From contig CAVYRF010000001.1 in assembly GCA_963770895.1 (NCBI GenBank), forward strand, positions 1,536,001-1,600,000: a DNA stretch of 64,000 bases, in the 5' to 3' direction. The position numbers and the translations under genes were made by a program. The DNA comes from an uncultured Acidobacteriota bacterium. GTDB taxonomy: Bacteria; Acidobacteriota; Thermoanaerobaculia; Multivoradales; UBA5704. The stretch's first letter is position 1. Each line of letters opens with the position of its first letter. Shown here piece by piece: positions 19,152 to 29,079 of the stretch. The notes under the pieces are model-generated. The model was given only the letters and a program-made list of their open reading frames with translations. It searched no databases and had not been told where the DNA came from.

Positions 19152-22100
19152 CTAGAAAGCACCGGTATCGGCCACGCTGGCCAGGTTACCGGCTGGGTTG
19201 GTGTATGTGCGCACGGCGCCGGTCTGGGTGTCGATGACGGTGATGGTGTAGGCGACGTTGGAAAGCGCGCCGTAGAACACCCAGAACTTGCCGTTGACCG
19301 CCACGCCGTCGAGCACCTTCAGCATGACCTCCACGTTGTCGGCGGCGAAAAACCACAAGTAGCCGGTGTCGCCGCTGATCGGCACTACCGAGGCGGTGCC
19401 CTGGTTGCCTGCCGAGTCCTGCCAGGCGGCGGTCACGGCGAAACGGCCACCCTGCAGGCAGAGGCGGTTGGACGCGGGCGCACAGCCGCCGGCCGCCGCG
19501 AGCGATGCGGCGGCGGGCGGGGCAAGTTGGACGATCCGCGCCGTGCCGGGGCGGCCGGTGGGACCCTGGGTGACGGTGCCGGCCGCGTTGGCGTCAAGGG
19601 GGTCGAAGGCGGTGGTATCAGCAACGCTGGCCAGGAGGCCGTATGGGTTGACGTAGCGGCGCGCTGCGCCGGTCTGGGTGTCGGTTTCGGTGATCTCGTA
19701 TTGAACGTTCGACAGCGCGCCGTAGAAGGTCCAGAAGTGACCGTTGACGCCGCGGCCGTCCAGGGTCTTCAGCACCACCTCGACGTTGCTGGGATCGAAA
19801 AACCAGAAGTAGCCGGTGTCATCGGTCAGCGCCACGGCCTGCGCATCGCCGGCGTTGCCCGTCGCATCCTGCCAGCTTGCCGTGACCGAGAAGCGGCTGC
19901 CGGCCAGGCAGAGGGCTCGCGCTGTCGGCTGGCAGCCGGCGCCCGCCGCGAACGGGTAGACCCACAGCTCGTCGCCGTGCAGGCCGTCGTCGGCGCCGAA
20001 GTAGAGCTGGTTGCCGGCGACCGCCAGCGCGTTGGGGCTGGACGACGCGGGGCCGGGCTGGATGTCCTGCACCAGGTGGGTGCCTGCCGCCGTGCCGTCG
20101 CTCTGCCAGAGCTCGGTGCCGTGCACCAGGTCGTTGGCCGCAAAGTAGACCAGGCCGCCCGCCGCGGCGAGCGACATCGGGTTGGACGACGCCGTGCCGG
20201 GCGCAATGTCGGCCACCAGGACGGTGCCGGCGGCGGTGCCGTCGGTCTTCCACAGCTCGGTGCCGTGCGACGCGTCGGCGGCGGCGAAGAGCAGCGCCCC
20301 GCCCAATGGCGCGAAGTCGGCGGGGACGGGCTCCGGCTGCGGCTGCTGGGACGTCGTCTCGGCGAAGGGCGGAGCGACCGGCTGCAGCAGCACGGTGCCG
20401 GCGGCGGTGCCGTCGGTGCGGAACAGGCCGCGCTGGGCGCCGTTGCCGGTGTAGGCGAAAAACAGCAGACCACCGGCGAACCCCGTCAGGTCGGTGGCCT
20501 CCGCTCCCAGGTTCAAGGCCTGGTCGGCCTGCGGCAGAAGCGGCGCCGTGCCGGCGACGGTGCCGTCGGAGCGCCACACCGCGCCCTGGTGCGTGAAGTA
20601 GAGGGCGCTGCCGATCGCCACCAGCTGGGCGAAGCGCACGATGTCGGCGTCCCGCGGGATCTGCGTCAGCTGCCGGGTGCCGGCGGTAGTGCCGTCGGAC
20701 ACCCACATCTGGTCGAAAGGATTGGTGCCGCAACCGCCGTAGAAGTAGAGCAGCGGTCCGGCCGGCGTCAGCTGCTTTGCCGAGCACGACACCGGCAGCC
20801 ATGGCAGTGGCACCGTGCCCGCCGCGGTGCCGTCGCTGCTCCAGATCGGCGCTCCCGTGGCGGGCGGATCGGTCGAGTTCATGTACAGCCGGCCGGAAAA
20901 CGGCACCAGGCTGGTGATGAACCCGGAGAAGTTGGTCACCTGCCGGGTGCCGGCAGGGGTGCCGTCGGTGCGCCAGAGGTTGGTGGACAGGAAGTACAGA
21001 TCACCGTTCAGGGTCAGATAGCTGGGCGGCGTGAAGCTATCCACCGTCACCGGCAGCTGTTGGGGAACCGTGGAGCGCGCGCCGTGCACCCCGAGCGACC
21101 AGAACGTCTGGTTGGCGACGAAGACGATGCCGCCGCCATAGGAGACGATGTCGGACGGCGACGACGAGGCGTTTTCGGAGCTCTGCACCGTCAGCTGCTC
21201 GAGGCCGCCGGACGGCGTGTCATAGACCCAGAGCTGGTCCGCCGGGCCGCCGGCCCTGATGATCGGTACGGCTTCCACGAACAGGCGCCCGCCCGCCGTC
21301 GCACCCAGATCCGGGAACTGGACCGACGCCAATTGCAGCAGCAGGTGCGTGCCTGCCGGCGTGCCGTCGGTGATCCAAAGGGCGGAGGAGCCCACCACCG
21401 GCCAGGTGAAAAGGGCTTGGCCGGCAAACCGCGTCAGGCCGACCACGCCGGATCCCACGTTCCCGGTCAATAGGATCCTCGTCCCAGCGGCGGTGCCGTC
21501 GCTCGTCCACAGCGAGGAGGTGGACGGGGTTGACGAGCTGAACACCGCCCGGCTTCCCGCCGGGACCAGGACGCTGCTCGGCGGCACGGCCGGGCAACCG
21601 CCGGGGCAGCCGCTGAGCGGCGCCGCCTCGCCGGTCGTCCCGACCGTCCACAGGCCCTCGGGGTGTGTGCCGTCGCTGGCCAGGAAGAGCACGCGCGTTC
21701 CGACCTGCACCAGGACGCGGGCCTGGCCCTGGGCGCCGGGGCTGCCGAAGGCGGCCGGGACCACAAAGGAGGTCACCGGGCCGGTGCCGGCGGCGGTGCC
21801 GTCGCTGCGGAACAGCTGGTCGCCATGGGTGCCGTCGTTGGCGATGAAGAAGTAGCGGCCGCCGGCAACCAGGTAGCTGTCGGCGAAGTCGAAGCTGACA
21901 TCGGAACCGAAGCTGGTTATGGGGAGGGTGCCGGCGGCGGTGCCGTCGCTGGTCCACAGCTGTTCGCCGTGGGCCGCGTCGGTGGCGACGAAGAAGGCGC
22001 GCGCCGGTGCAGCGAGAAGGGCGAAGGGTTGCCCGACCTGACCCTGCGCGGCGCCGGGGAATCCGTGCACGGCGACTGTACCCGCCGCGGTTCCGTCCGA

Positions 22101-22718
22101 GGTCCACACCACGCCGTCGACGACGAAGAACGCCCGGCCGCCGGCGGCCGCCAGGGAGGGCTGTCGGAAGCTGTCCCCAATGGGCAGCGCGGTCAGCGCC
22201 ATGGTGCCGGCCGGAGTGCCGTCGGTGCGGATCAGCGAGCAGGTCTGGCCGACGTCCGGTGGCACGCAGCCGAACAGGAGCGCCGCCCCTCCGATCGAAA
22301 CCGGCGCCGGCAGCTGGAGGTCATCTTCGAGGAACGGTGCAACGTAGCCCAGCGGGACCGTGCCGGTCACGGTGCCGTCGCTGGACCAGAGCTGGCCATC
22401 GACCTCGAGCAGCGCCGCCTTCCCGGCGGCACCCAGAAACTGATCGATCGGGCAGGTGTCGCAGAACTGATAGATCGGAACCGTCCCCTCGATGGTGCCG
22501 TCGCTGGTCCACAGCGTGTTGTAGACGGCAAACAACATGTTGCTGCCCAGCGCCTGCAGCGCGGAAACCGATTCGGATGGGGAAAAGAGTTCGACCTGAT
22601 CCAGATCCGCCACCATGGATGCGGTCGCCGCCGCGGCCGGCCTGCCCCCGTACGCGATCCCGACCACTGCCCACGGCCAGACGACCCATGCCGCGACCCT
22701 CCGGAGCCTGGAAGCCAC
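19152..22718 (-). CDS. Secreted ELWxxDGT-repeat protein with two tandem C-terminal domains
   Basis: Signal peptide and many LWxSDGTxAGT repeats. The C-terminus has two copies of 'CLxGxRFxVTAxW..GYxWFF..NVEVxLKxLDG..NGxFWxFYGALSNVxY'. Confidence 0.92.
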   Translation of the reverse strand: MASRLRRVAAWVVWPWAVVGIAYGGRPAAAATASMVADLDQVELFSPSESVSALQALGSNMLFAVYNTLWTSDGTIEGTVPIYQFCDTCPIDQFLGAAGKAALLEVDGQLWSSDGTVTGTVPLGYVAPFLEDDLQLPAPVSIGGAALLFGCVPPDVGQTCSLIRTDGTPAGTMALTALPIGDSFRQPSLAAAGGRAFFVVDGVVWTSDGTAAGTVAVHGFPGAAQGQVGQPFALLAAPARAFFVATDAAHGEQLWTSDGTAAGTLPITSFGSDVSFDFADSYLVAGGRYFFIANDGTHGDQLFRSDGTAAGTGPVTSFVVPAAFGSPGAQGQARVLVQVGTRVLFLASDGTHPEGLWTVGTTGEAAPLSGCPGGCPAVPPSSVLVPAGSRAVFSSSTPSTSSLWTSDGTAAGTRILLTGNVGSGVVGLTRFAGQALFTWPVVGSSALWITDGTPAGTHLLLQLASVQFPDLGATAGGRLFVEAVPIIRAGGPADQLWVYDTPSGGLEQLTVQSSENASSSPSDIVSYGGGIVFVANQTFWSLGVHGARSTVPQQLPVTVDSFTPPSYLTLNGDLYFLSTNLWRTDGTPAGTRQVTNFSGFITSLVPFSGRLYMNSTDPPATGAPIWSSDGTAAGTVPLPWLPVSCSAKQLTPAGPLLYFYGGCGTNPFDQMWVSDGTTAGTRQLTQIPRDADIVRFAQLVAIGSALYFTHQGAVWRSDGTVAGTAPLLPQADQALNLGAEATDLTGFAGGLLFFAYTGNGAQRGLFRTDGTAAGTVLLQPVAPPFAETTSQQPQPEPVPADFAPLGGALLFAAADASHGTELWKTDGTAAGTVLVADIAPGTASSNPMSLAAAGGLVYFAANDLVHGTELWQSDGTAAGTHLVQDIQPGPASSSPNALAVAGNQLYFGADDGLHGDELWVYPFAAGAGCQPTARALCLAGSRFSVTASWQDATGNAGDAQAVALTDDTGYFWFFDPSNVEVVLKTLDGRGVNGHFWTFYGALSNVQYEITETDTQTGAARRYVNPYGLLASVADTTAFDPLDANAAGTVTQGPTGRPGTARIVQLAPPAAASLAAAGGCAPASNRLCLQGGRFAVTAAWQDSAGNQGTASVVPISGDTGYLWFFAADNVEVMLKVLDGVAVNGKFWVFYGALSNVAYTITVIDTQTGAVRTYTNPAGNLASVADTGAF

Positions 22719-22992
22719 TCGCGCCCTCCTGTAGCTGCTGTACCTGAAGGATGCATTTTAGCATGTGTTGGGTGCAACCCAGAAGCTCCGACGGTGCGGC
22801 CCCCCGCCGCCCGCAGGCGCTCGCAACGCGGCCTGCGATGAGGCGGGGCGCCCCGCAGGGTGGCGATTGCAGCCCAAGGCAAGAGGGGTGACGAGTGGCG
22901 ACCTGGCCGGTGCGTCGCCTCGGCATGGGGGTTGACGCCGGGTGTGCGGTTGCGCAACGCTTGCCGCCCCGAACAGAACACCCGGAGGTCCC

Positions 22993-23229
22993 ATGGCTGA
23001 TTTCAAGGTGACGGTGCTTAGGAATGGCCCGCTGCGCGTCGAGGGCGAGAACCTGCAGATCCACGATCCAGAGGGCAACGCCTACGGGCTCGGCGGCCGC
23101 AGCGTCGTGTCACTCTGCCGCTGCGGCGCGTCGAACAACAAGCCGTTTTGCGATGGCAGCCACAACCATCACGGCTTTCAGGACGATCCGCACGCACGCG
23201 ACCTGCCGCCGCGCAAGCCGAGCGCCTGA
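22993..23229 (+). CDS. CDGSH iron-sulfur domain protein
   Basis: 'NGPL' and 'LCRCGASNNKPFCDGSH'; GGAGG RBS before the ATG at 22993. Confidence 0.93.
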   Translation: MADFKVTVLRNGPLRVEGENLQIHDPEGNAYGLGGRSVVSLCRCGASNNKPFCDGSHNHHGFQDDPHARDLPPRKPSA

Positions 23230-23384
23230 GCCGCCGCCAGGGACCGCGGCCGCCGACCAGCACCTGCAAACCCGGCGCTGGGTTCCTGGCTGAGCAGGCG
23301 GCTGACGGCGGTGCTGCCCACCCGCTCTCCAGGACGGGGAGAGTAGGGTGGGCAGGAGGGGGCATGTCAGGCGGCAGCGCGGGA

Positions 23385-23603
23385 TCAGCAGGAACGCCAA
23401 TGATCCGGGTTGCCTTTGTCCGTATGACGGACTCGAGCGCAGAGCGGATGATGGCCCTGCGCCTTGGCATAGCGCACCGCTTCTTCCTGCGTGCTGAAGG
23501 GGCCACCTAGAGTCTTGCCGCCTGCCAATTCGAGTACGTAGTCCTCGATCTTGGTTCCTTCTGGACGTCCCTTGGGTCGCGGTTCGACGTAGACATTTGG
23601 CAT
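23385..23603 (-). CDS. Small conserved hypothetical protein (DUF2188-like)
   Basis: 72 aa, 'MPNVYVEPRPKG...FSTQEEAVRYAK...GNPDHWR'; GAGG upstream. Confidence 0.65.
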   Translation of the reverse strand: MPNVYVEPRPKGRPEGTKIEDYVLELAGGKTLGGPFSTQEEAVRYAKAQGHHPLCARVRHTDKGNPDHWRSC

Positions 23604-23679
23604 GGCCGGGTCCTCGAAGTTGTCGGTTGGTAAAAGCGTAGTTCGTTGCGTGTTGCGTTTTCCGCCCAGGCATTGGGAA

Positions 23680-23994
23680 TCAGCGACGGCGACCGGCACG
23701 TCCGCTGGAAGGGGGTGGAATGGGGCCGGCCTTCGCGGCTCCAGGTCCACTGAAACCTCCGGAATTGCCAGCCTTTTGCCCCTCGAAGCCGTGATTTCCT
23801 GTATTCCCACCATAGCGTGGATCCCCGTTGCCACCGACGCGCTCCGAAGGGATCGGTGTCTGCGTGGTCAAGTTCTCCGATGTGCTCGCCGCCTCCGGAG
23901 TTGACGAATAGCCGCTGCCCGGCGGATCACAAGCTGTCAACACGGCGACGAGAACGAAAAGGACCAGGGATGCGAGAAGAGGCAGCTTTCTCAT
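23680..23994 (-). CDS. Putative small Gly/Pro-rich lipoprotein
   Basis: Basic N-terminus, hydrophobic stretch and lipobox LTAC. Starts 30 nt after the CHASE2 stop, with AAGGA upstream. Confidence 0.55.
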   Translation of the reverse strand: MRKLPLLASLVLFVLVAVLTACDPPGSGYSSTPEAASTSENLTTQTPIPSERVGGNGDPRYGGNTGNHGFEGQKAGNSGGFSGPGAAKAGPIPPPSSGRAGRRR

Positions 23995-24023
23995 GGATTT
24001 ACCATCCTTTCATAATAATTGAG

Positions 24024-25229
24024 CTACTGTTCATGGCGAGGGCCAAAAGCACGTTCGAAAAGGCTGTGCGTTGTGACAGCAAGCACGGGCAGCACCGGAT
24101 CGAAGAAGATCGCCAGGTGCCGTAGGAGTAAGTAACTCAGCACGACGGCTGAGCCAAGGAAACCCACGAAATACGCCACCTTCTTAACCTGCCCTGCGCG
24201 GGACGCGAAGAGCACCGCTACCGCCAGCGATAACAGCACTTCGGCGCCTTCGCTGAAATACGCCGGGCTCACCGGGTAGAGCTTGTCGCGCACCAACGCC
24301 TCGACATAGTTGGCGTGCGCCACAACTCCCGGCACCTCACCCACGGGAGTGAGCCAGGTATCGAGGAACGGTCCTCGCCGGAAGGCTTCGGCGTGAGCAA
24401 AACTACCGACAATCACTACCTGATGCTTGACGATCTCGCGCCAAGCGCCGGCCGGTTGCGCCAGCACCAATCCGGCCGCTACCGTGTCGAAGGCGTTTTT
24501 CGGAATGAAGCTGCCAAACAGCTCGGCCTCCGAGATCCGCGTCGCGGTTCCGCGGCGGTCGAGCAGCGCCGCAATCTCCTGAGCGAACGACCGCACGCGG
24601 GCCCCGCTCCCCTGCGCACGGATGGTGAGTGGGATCTGCCGGATATCGAAGCGCAGGTTGAGATAGCCCCAGTAGACATGGGGATTGGTAAACCGGTGGT
24701 TGCTGAAGATACTCGAATCCAGCGCAAAGGTTCCGTGGCGGGAGTCGTAGGAGTGCTGATCGAAGGTCAGCGGCAGCACGACCCAGGCGTTCCGTGTTGC
24801 TTCGACGGCTTCGATCAGCTTTGCGGTCTCCCCGGCGTAGGCGGGGGTCTCGACCAGCCTGCCGTCGAGCACCGGAGAGCGAAAGTTGTAGTCGAGCGCC
24901 AGCACTGCCGGGTTGGCGGCGTCGAGGACCGACACCAGGCGCGCGATGTAGTCGCGCTTGATCGGGATGCGTTGATCCAGCTCGCCGGTCCAGAACTCAT
25001 CGTCGCCGATCGCGACGAATACGACCCGCTGGGCGTACTTCATCTCGTGCCGGTCGGTATGCTCCAGCAACTGGTAGGCGCTGTAGCGCAGGCCGAGGAA
25101 CAGATACCGGTGCTCGATCTCGTAGCTCAGCAACATGCCGCCTGCGATCGCCGCCACCGCGAAGGCCCAATAGCGCCACCCCCGCGCACGGATATCGGAC
25201 GCGATCTTGTCGAGCCGGCCTTTCGTCAC
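24024..25229 (-). CDS. CHASE2-domain membrane protein with no output domain
   Basis: N-terminal TM helix, 'VVFVAIGDDEF', 'PAVLALD', 'VVIVGS', 'TPVGEVPGVVAHANYVEAL' and three C-terminal TM helices. Confidence 0.8.
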   Translation of the reverse strand: MTKGRLDKIASDIRARGWRYWAFAVAAIAGGMLLSYEIEHRYLFLGLRYSAYQLLEHTDRHEMKYAQRVVFVAIGDDEFWTGELDQRIPIKRDYIARLVSVLDAANPAVLALDYNFRSPVLDGRLVETPAYAGETAKLIEAVEATRNAWVVLPLTFDQHSYDSRHGTFALDSSIFSNHRFTNPHVYWGYLNLRFDIRQIPLTIRAQGSGARVRSFAQEIAALLDRRGTATRISEAELFGSFIPKNAFDTVAAGLVLAQPAGAWREIVKHQVVIVGSFAHAEAFRRGPFLDTWLTPVGEVPGVVAHANYVEALVRDKLYPVSPAYFSEGAEVLLSLAVAVLFASRAGQVKKVAYFVGFLGSAVVLSYLLLRHLAIFFDPVLPVLAVTTHSLFERAFGPRHEQ

Positions 25230-25509
25230 GATCCCCCCGCGGCGCCCCCCAGCATGCGCCCATCTTCTACGCGATGAAAGGAGTACGAAAGGACCAGGCT
25301 GGGCAGGTGATCAGCAGGCCTCGAGGGTGATTTGGAGGACCCTATCGCCTGTATGTCTGCTCATGGCGCAGCCGGCCTCGGCCCACCCGCGCTTCAGGAG
25401 CGGGGAGAGGGTGTGTCCTGCCGGGCCGGGCGCGGCAGACACCGGCAGATCCGTATACCATTGACGATTCGTTGAGGATCGGCATTGCGCGAAGCCACGG
25501 AGGCAGCGG

Positions 25510-28500
25510 TTGAGTCACGATGATTCAGAGACCGCGTCGCTCTGTTCCGATGGCCCTTCGCCGGCCGCCGGTGCGGCTGCGCCGATCTTCCTGCCGGGCG
25601 AGATGGCCGCCAACCGCTTCCGCGTGGTGGGTCTGCTCGGCCAGGGAGGCATGGCGCAGGTGTTCCAGGCCGAAGACCTCGAGCTGGGCCAGGGCGTGGC
25701 CATCAAGGTCATCCGGCCCGAGCTGGCCGCCAGCCGCCGGGCCGGCGAGCTGCTGCGGCGCGAGGTGCTCCTGGCGCGCCGGATCACCCATCCCAACGTC
25801 TGCCGGATCTTCAACGTCTTCCATCACCAACCGGCTCCGGCGGCGGACCCTGGGCTGACGGGCGAGGACGGCCGGGAGGCCGCGCCGCCGAGCGTGCTGC
25901 TGCTGGTCATGGAGCTGCTGCGCGGCGAGACCCTGGCGCAACGGCTCGCTGCCGGCGGTCCGTTGACCGCGGCCGAAGCGCTGCCGATCGTGCGCCAGCT
26001 GGCGGAGGCGCTGGACGCGGCGCATCGCGCCCAGGTGGTGCACGGCGACTTCAAGAGCAGCAACGTGATCGTCGAGCGGACCTGGCGCGGGCCCAGGGCG
26101 GTGGTGACCGACTTCGGGCTGTCGCAGCACGCGTCGACGGCCGCGGACTGTGCCGGCGGCACCACCGCCTACATGGCCCCCGAGCAGCGGATGCGGCGCC
26201 AGGTCACGCCGGCAAGCGACATCTATGCTCTGGGGATCGTGATTTTCGAAATGGTCTGTGGCAGCCGTCCGCTCGCCGCCGAGATGGGCGCCGCCGTCGC
26301 CATGCCGCTCGACCCGAGGCTCGCCGCTGCCGCGCCGCCACGCTGGCCGCGGCTGCCGGCGGGTTGGGAGGCGATCCTGGTGCGCTGCCTGGCGCCCGCG
26401 GCCGGCGACCGCCCGGCCAGCGCTGGCGAGGTTGCGGCGGCACTCGCCCAAAGCGTCGCCAGGCAGCCGGCGCCGGGTGCCGGGCCGGCGCAGCGCGGGC
26501 GCGCGATCGGTTGGGCGCGCACCCTGGTGCGCTACGCCCTGGCCTTGGGCTGTCTCTGCCTGGTGGCGCCCGGCCGCGCCGGCATGGAGAGGGCGGCCGG
26601 CGCACCGGCGGCAGCGGAGAGCGCGGTGCGGGCGGCGGCCGGGGCATCCGACCCGGGCGCCGCCGCCGGCGCGGAGGGCGCCGCGGCAGACCTGGGTGCC
26701 ACGGCGCGGCAGGTGGTGGCCGTCGCCGATCTGGTGGATGGCTCGGCACCGCCCGCCGAGCCATGGTTGAGGGCGGCCCTGGGCCATGCGATCGCCACCG
26801 AGATCGCCGCTGGCGGCAGCGGCAGGGTCGAGGTCCTGCGGGCGGCGGCGCCCGGTCCGGGCGCGGATCGCCGGCCGCCCGCCGGCACGGAGCTGCTGGT
26901 GAGCGGTTCCTTTGCGGTGGCCGGCGAGGTGGCCGGGCAGCGCCTGCGGATCGACCTCACGCTCGTCCGGGCACCGACAGGGGCGCGTCTCGCCACCCTT
27001 CACGAAGCGGGAAGCCGGGCCGATGCCGCCGGCCTGATTTCGCGGCTCGGCTTCCGCCTGCGCCGGGCGATCGGCATCGCCGACCCCCAGCGGGAGGAGC
27101 GCGCGGCGATGCTGGCGTCGCGGCCCGCGACCCTCGAGGCCGAGGGCCTGCTGGCCGACGGTCTGGCCCAGCTCGAGCGCGGCCAGGCGGTCGAGGCGCG
27201 CGCCGTGCTCGGCCGCGCGCTCGCGGCCGACCGGTCCTTTCCGCTCACCCATGCGGCGCTGGCGCGGGCGAGCGTCGAGCTGGGCGACGGCCGGCGGGCG
27301 CGGCAAGAGGCTGCGTACGCGGCGCAACAGCCACGACGTCTGCCGGAGCAGCCGCGGCTCGAGATCGCCGCCGTCGCCAAGCGGGCCGACGACGACCTGG
27401 CCGGCGCCGAGGGTATGTTGCGGGCGCTGTGGCGGTTCGCGCCCCACCACCTCGACTACGGCGTGCAGCTCGCCGAGGCGCAGCTGGCGGGCGGTGAGGC
27501 GGCGGCGGCGCTCGCGACGGTCGAGCGCCTTGCCGGCAGCGGCCTGGGGGACGAGATGGCGGCGCGGGCCGATCTGGTGGCGGCGCACGCTCGCTCGATC
27601 CAGGCGGATTTCCGGGCATCGCTGGCGGCGGCGCTGGCGGCTGCCAGCCGGGCCAGGCGGACCGGAGCCGCCTCGCTGCTGGCTGCCGCCCGGCTCGCCG
27701 AGGCCGACGCGCGCGCCGAGGGTGGCGACGCCGTGCAGGTCGGTGCCGCGCTGGCGGAAGCGCGCGACATCTACCGGCGGCTCGGCTTCCGCGCCGGCGA
27801 GGCAGACGTCCTCTACCGGCGGGCGGCGCTGGTGCTGCGCGCCGGTCAGCCGCGCCAGGCCGTGGCGCTCGACGAGGAGGCACTGGCGATCTTCGACGCC
27901 GCCGGGTGCGCCCGTGGATCGGCGGTGGCCGACCTGGCGATCGGCCGCTACTGGCACACCCAGCACGCGTTGCCGCGTGCCGGGGCGCTGCTCGAGCGGG
28001 CGCTGGCGGCGTTCCGCAGCCTCGGCGACCGTGCCGACGAAGCCCAGGCGCTCAACGCCCTGTCGTTCGTGGCCTTCGACAGCGGCGATTTCCTCAAGGC
28101 CCAGAAGCTGCTCGAGGACGAGGTGGGCGTCGATTCGGGAATCGGCGACCGCAAGGGCCTCAGCCGGGCGCTGATCAATCTCGGCGACTTCGAGTGCCTG
28201 CACGGCGACGTCCATGCCAGCCGCCAGCACCTCGAAGAGGCGTTGCGGCTGGCGCAGGCGCTCGGCGACAAGACCCTCGAAGCCTTCGCGCATGTGAATC
28301 TCGCCGTGGTGCTGTTTGCCGAGCGCGACCTGCACGGTGCCGGCGTCGAGGCATGGCGGTCCGCCAGCGTCGCGCGCCAGGCCAACTTCCCCTACCTGCA
28401 ACGCCGGGCGCTGCAGGTGCTCTCGGCGGTGCTCCTCCTGGAGCGCAGGTTCCAGCCGGCGGAAAACGTTCTCGGCCAGGCCCTGGCCCTGGGGGGCGAG

Positions 28501-29079
28501 CACGGCGATCCGACCTACGAGTCGGTGCTGCTCCTCTTGGCGCGCATCGAGCTTTGGCAAGGGAAGATCGCCGAGGGCGAGCGCGCGGTCCGCCAGGCGC
28601 AGGCGATGATGCCGGCGATGGAGCCGCCCGTCGAGCCGCTCGCGGTGCTGGCCTGGGCGCTGGCCGCGCGCGGCGACCTGGTGGCGGCGCGGGCGGCGGC
28701 CGAGCGCGCGGCGCGGCTGGTGTCCAAGGCGACCGACCACGATGACCGCCTGCTGGTGGCCATCGGCAGCGCGCGGGTGGCGCTGGCGGGCAACGACGCT
28801 GCGGCAGCGGCACAGGGGCTCGAAGCGGCGCTGCGGCAGACCGCGCTTTCGCCCCGGCCCGATCTGCGCTACGAAGCGCGCCTGCTGCGCGACGCCGCGC
28901 TGCTCGCCGGCGGCGGCCGTGCGGGGAGCGGCGTTGCCAGCGTCGTGGCAGCCGACGACCTGCGGGCGCTGGCACAGGAGGCCCGCCGGCTGCGCTTCGA
29001 GCTGATCGCGCGCGAGGCCGAGCGGCAGCTCGCGGCGGCCGCACCTGCAAGCGGCAGGTCGGCCGGAAACCATGGGTGA
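25510..29079 (+). CDS. Hanks-type Ser/Thr protein kinase with C-terminal TPR-like helical repeats
   Basis: LGQGGMAQV, VAIK, HPNV, HGDFKSSN, DFG, GTTAYMAPE and SDIYALG, followed by a long alanine-rich TPR-like region. Confidence 0.92.
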   Translation: MSHDDSETASLCSDGPSPAAGAAAPIFLPGEMAANRFRVVGLLGQGGMAQVFQAEDLELGQGVAIKVIRPELAASRRAGELLRREVLLARRITHPNVCRIFNVFHHQPAPAADPGLTGEDGREAAPPSVLLLVMELLRGETLAQRLAAGGPLTAAEALPIVRQLAEALDAAHRAQVVHGDFKSSNVIVERTWRGPRAVVTDFGLSQHASTAADCAGGTTAYMAPEQRMRRQVTPASDIYALGIVIFEMVCGSRPLAAEMGAAVAMPLDPRLAAAAPPRWPRLPAGWEAILVRCLAPAAGDRPASAGEVAAALAQSVARQPAPGAGPAQRGRAIGWARTLVRYALALGCLCLVAPGRAGMERAAGAPAAAESAVRAAAGASDPGAAAGAEGAAADLGATARQVVAVADLVDGSAPPAEPWLRAALGHAIATEIAAGGSGRVEVLRAAAPGPGADRRPPAGTELLVSGSFAVAGEVAGQRLRIDLTLVRAPTGARLATLHEAGSRADAAGLISRLGFRLRRAIGIADPQREERAAMLASRPATLEAEGLLADGLAQLERGQAVEARAVLGRALAADRSFPLTHAALARASVELGDGRRARQEAAYAAQQPRRLPEQPRLEIAAVAKRADDDLAGAEGMLRALWRFAPHHLDYGVQLAEAQLAGGEAAAALATVERLAGSGLGDEMAARADLVAAHARSIQADFRASLAAALAAASRARRTGAASLLAAARLAEADARAEGGDAVQVGAALAEARDIYRRLGFRAGEADVLYRRAALVLRAGQPRQAVALDEEALAIFDAAGCARGSAVADLAIGRYWHTQHALPRAGALLERALAAFRSLGDRADEAQALNALSFVAFDSGDFLKAQKLLEDEVGVDSGIGDRKGLSRALINLGDFECLHGDVHASRQHLEEALRLAQALGDKTLEAFAHVNLAVVLFAERDLHGAGVEAWRSASVARQANFPYLQRRALQVLSAVLLLERRFQPAENVLGQALALGGEHGDPTYESVLLLLARIELWQGKIAEGERAVRQAQAMMPAMEPPVEPLAVLAWALAARGDLVAARAAAERAARLVSKATDHDDRLLVAIGSARVALAGNDAAAAAQGLEAALRQTALSPRPDLRYEARLLRDAALLAGGGRAGSGVASVVAADDLRALAQEARRLRFELIAREAERQLAAAAPASGRSAGNHG

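Noticed and set aside
19152-22520. Recurrent GTGCCGTCG-type repeats as a possible CRISPR array
   Set aside because: Short, degenerate and irregularly spaced; they encode the SDGTxAGT protein repeats, and no cas genes are present.
25510-26450. Kinase as part of a class III/IV lanthipeptide synthetase
   Set aside because: No lyase domain, not fused to the cyclase, and a typical signalling kinase-TPR layout; kept only as a test in the findings.
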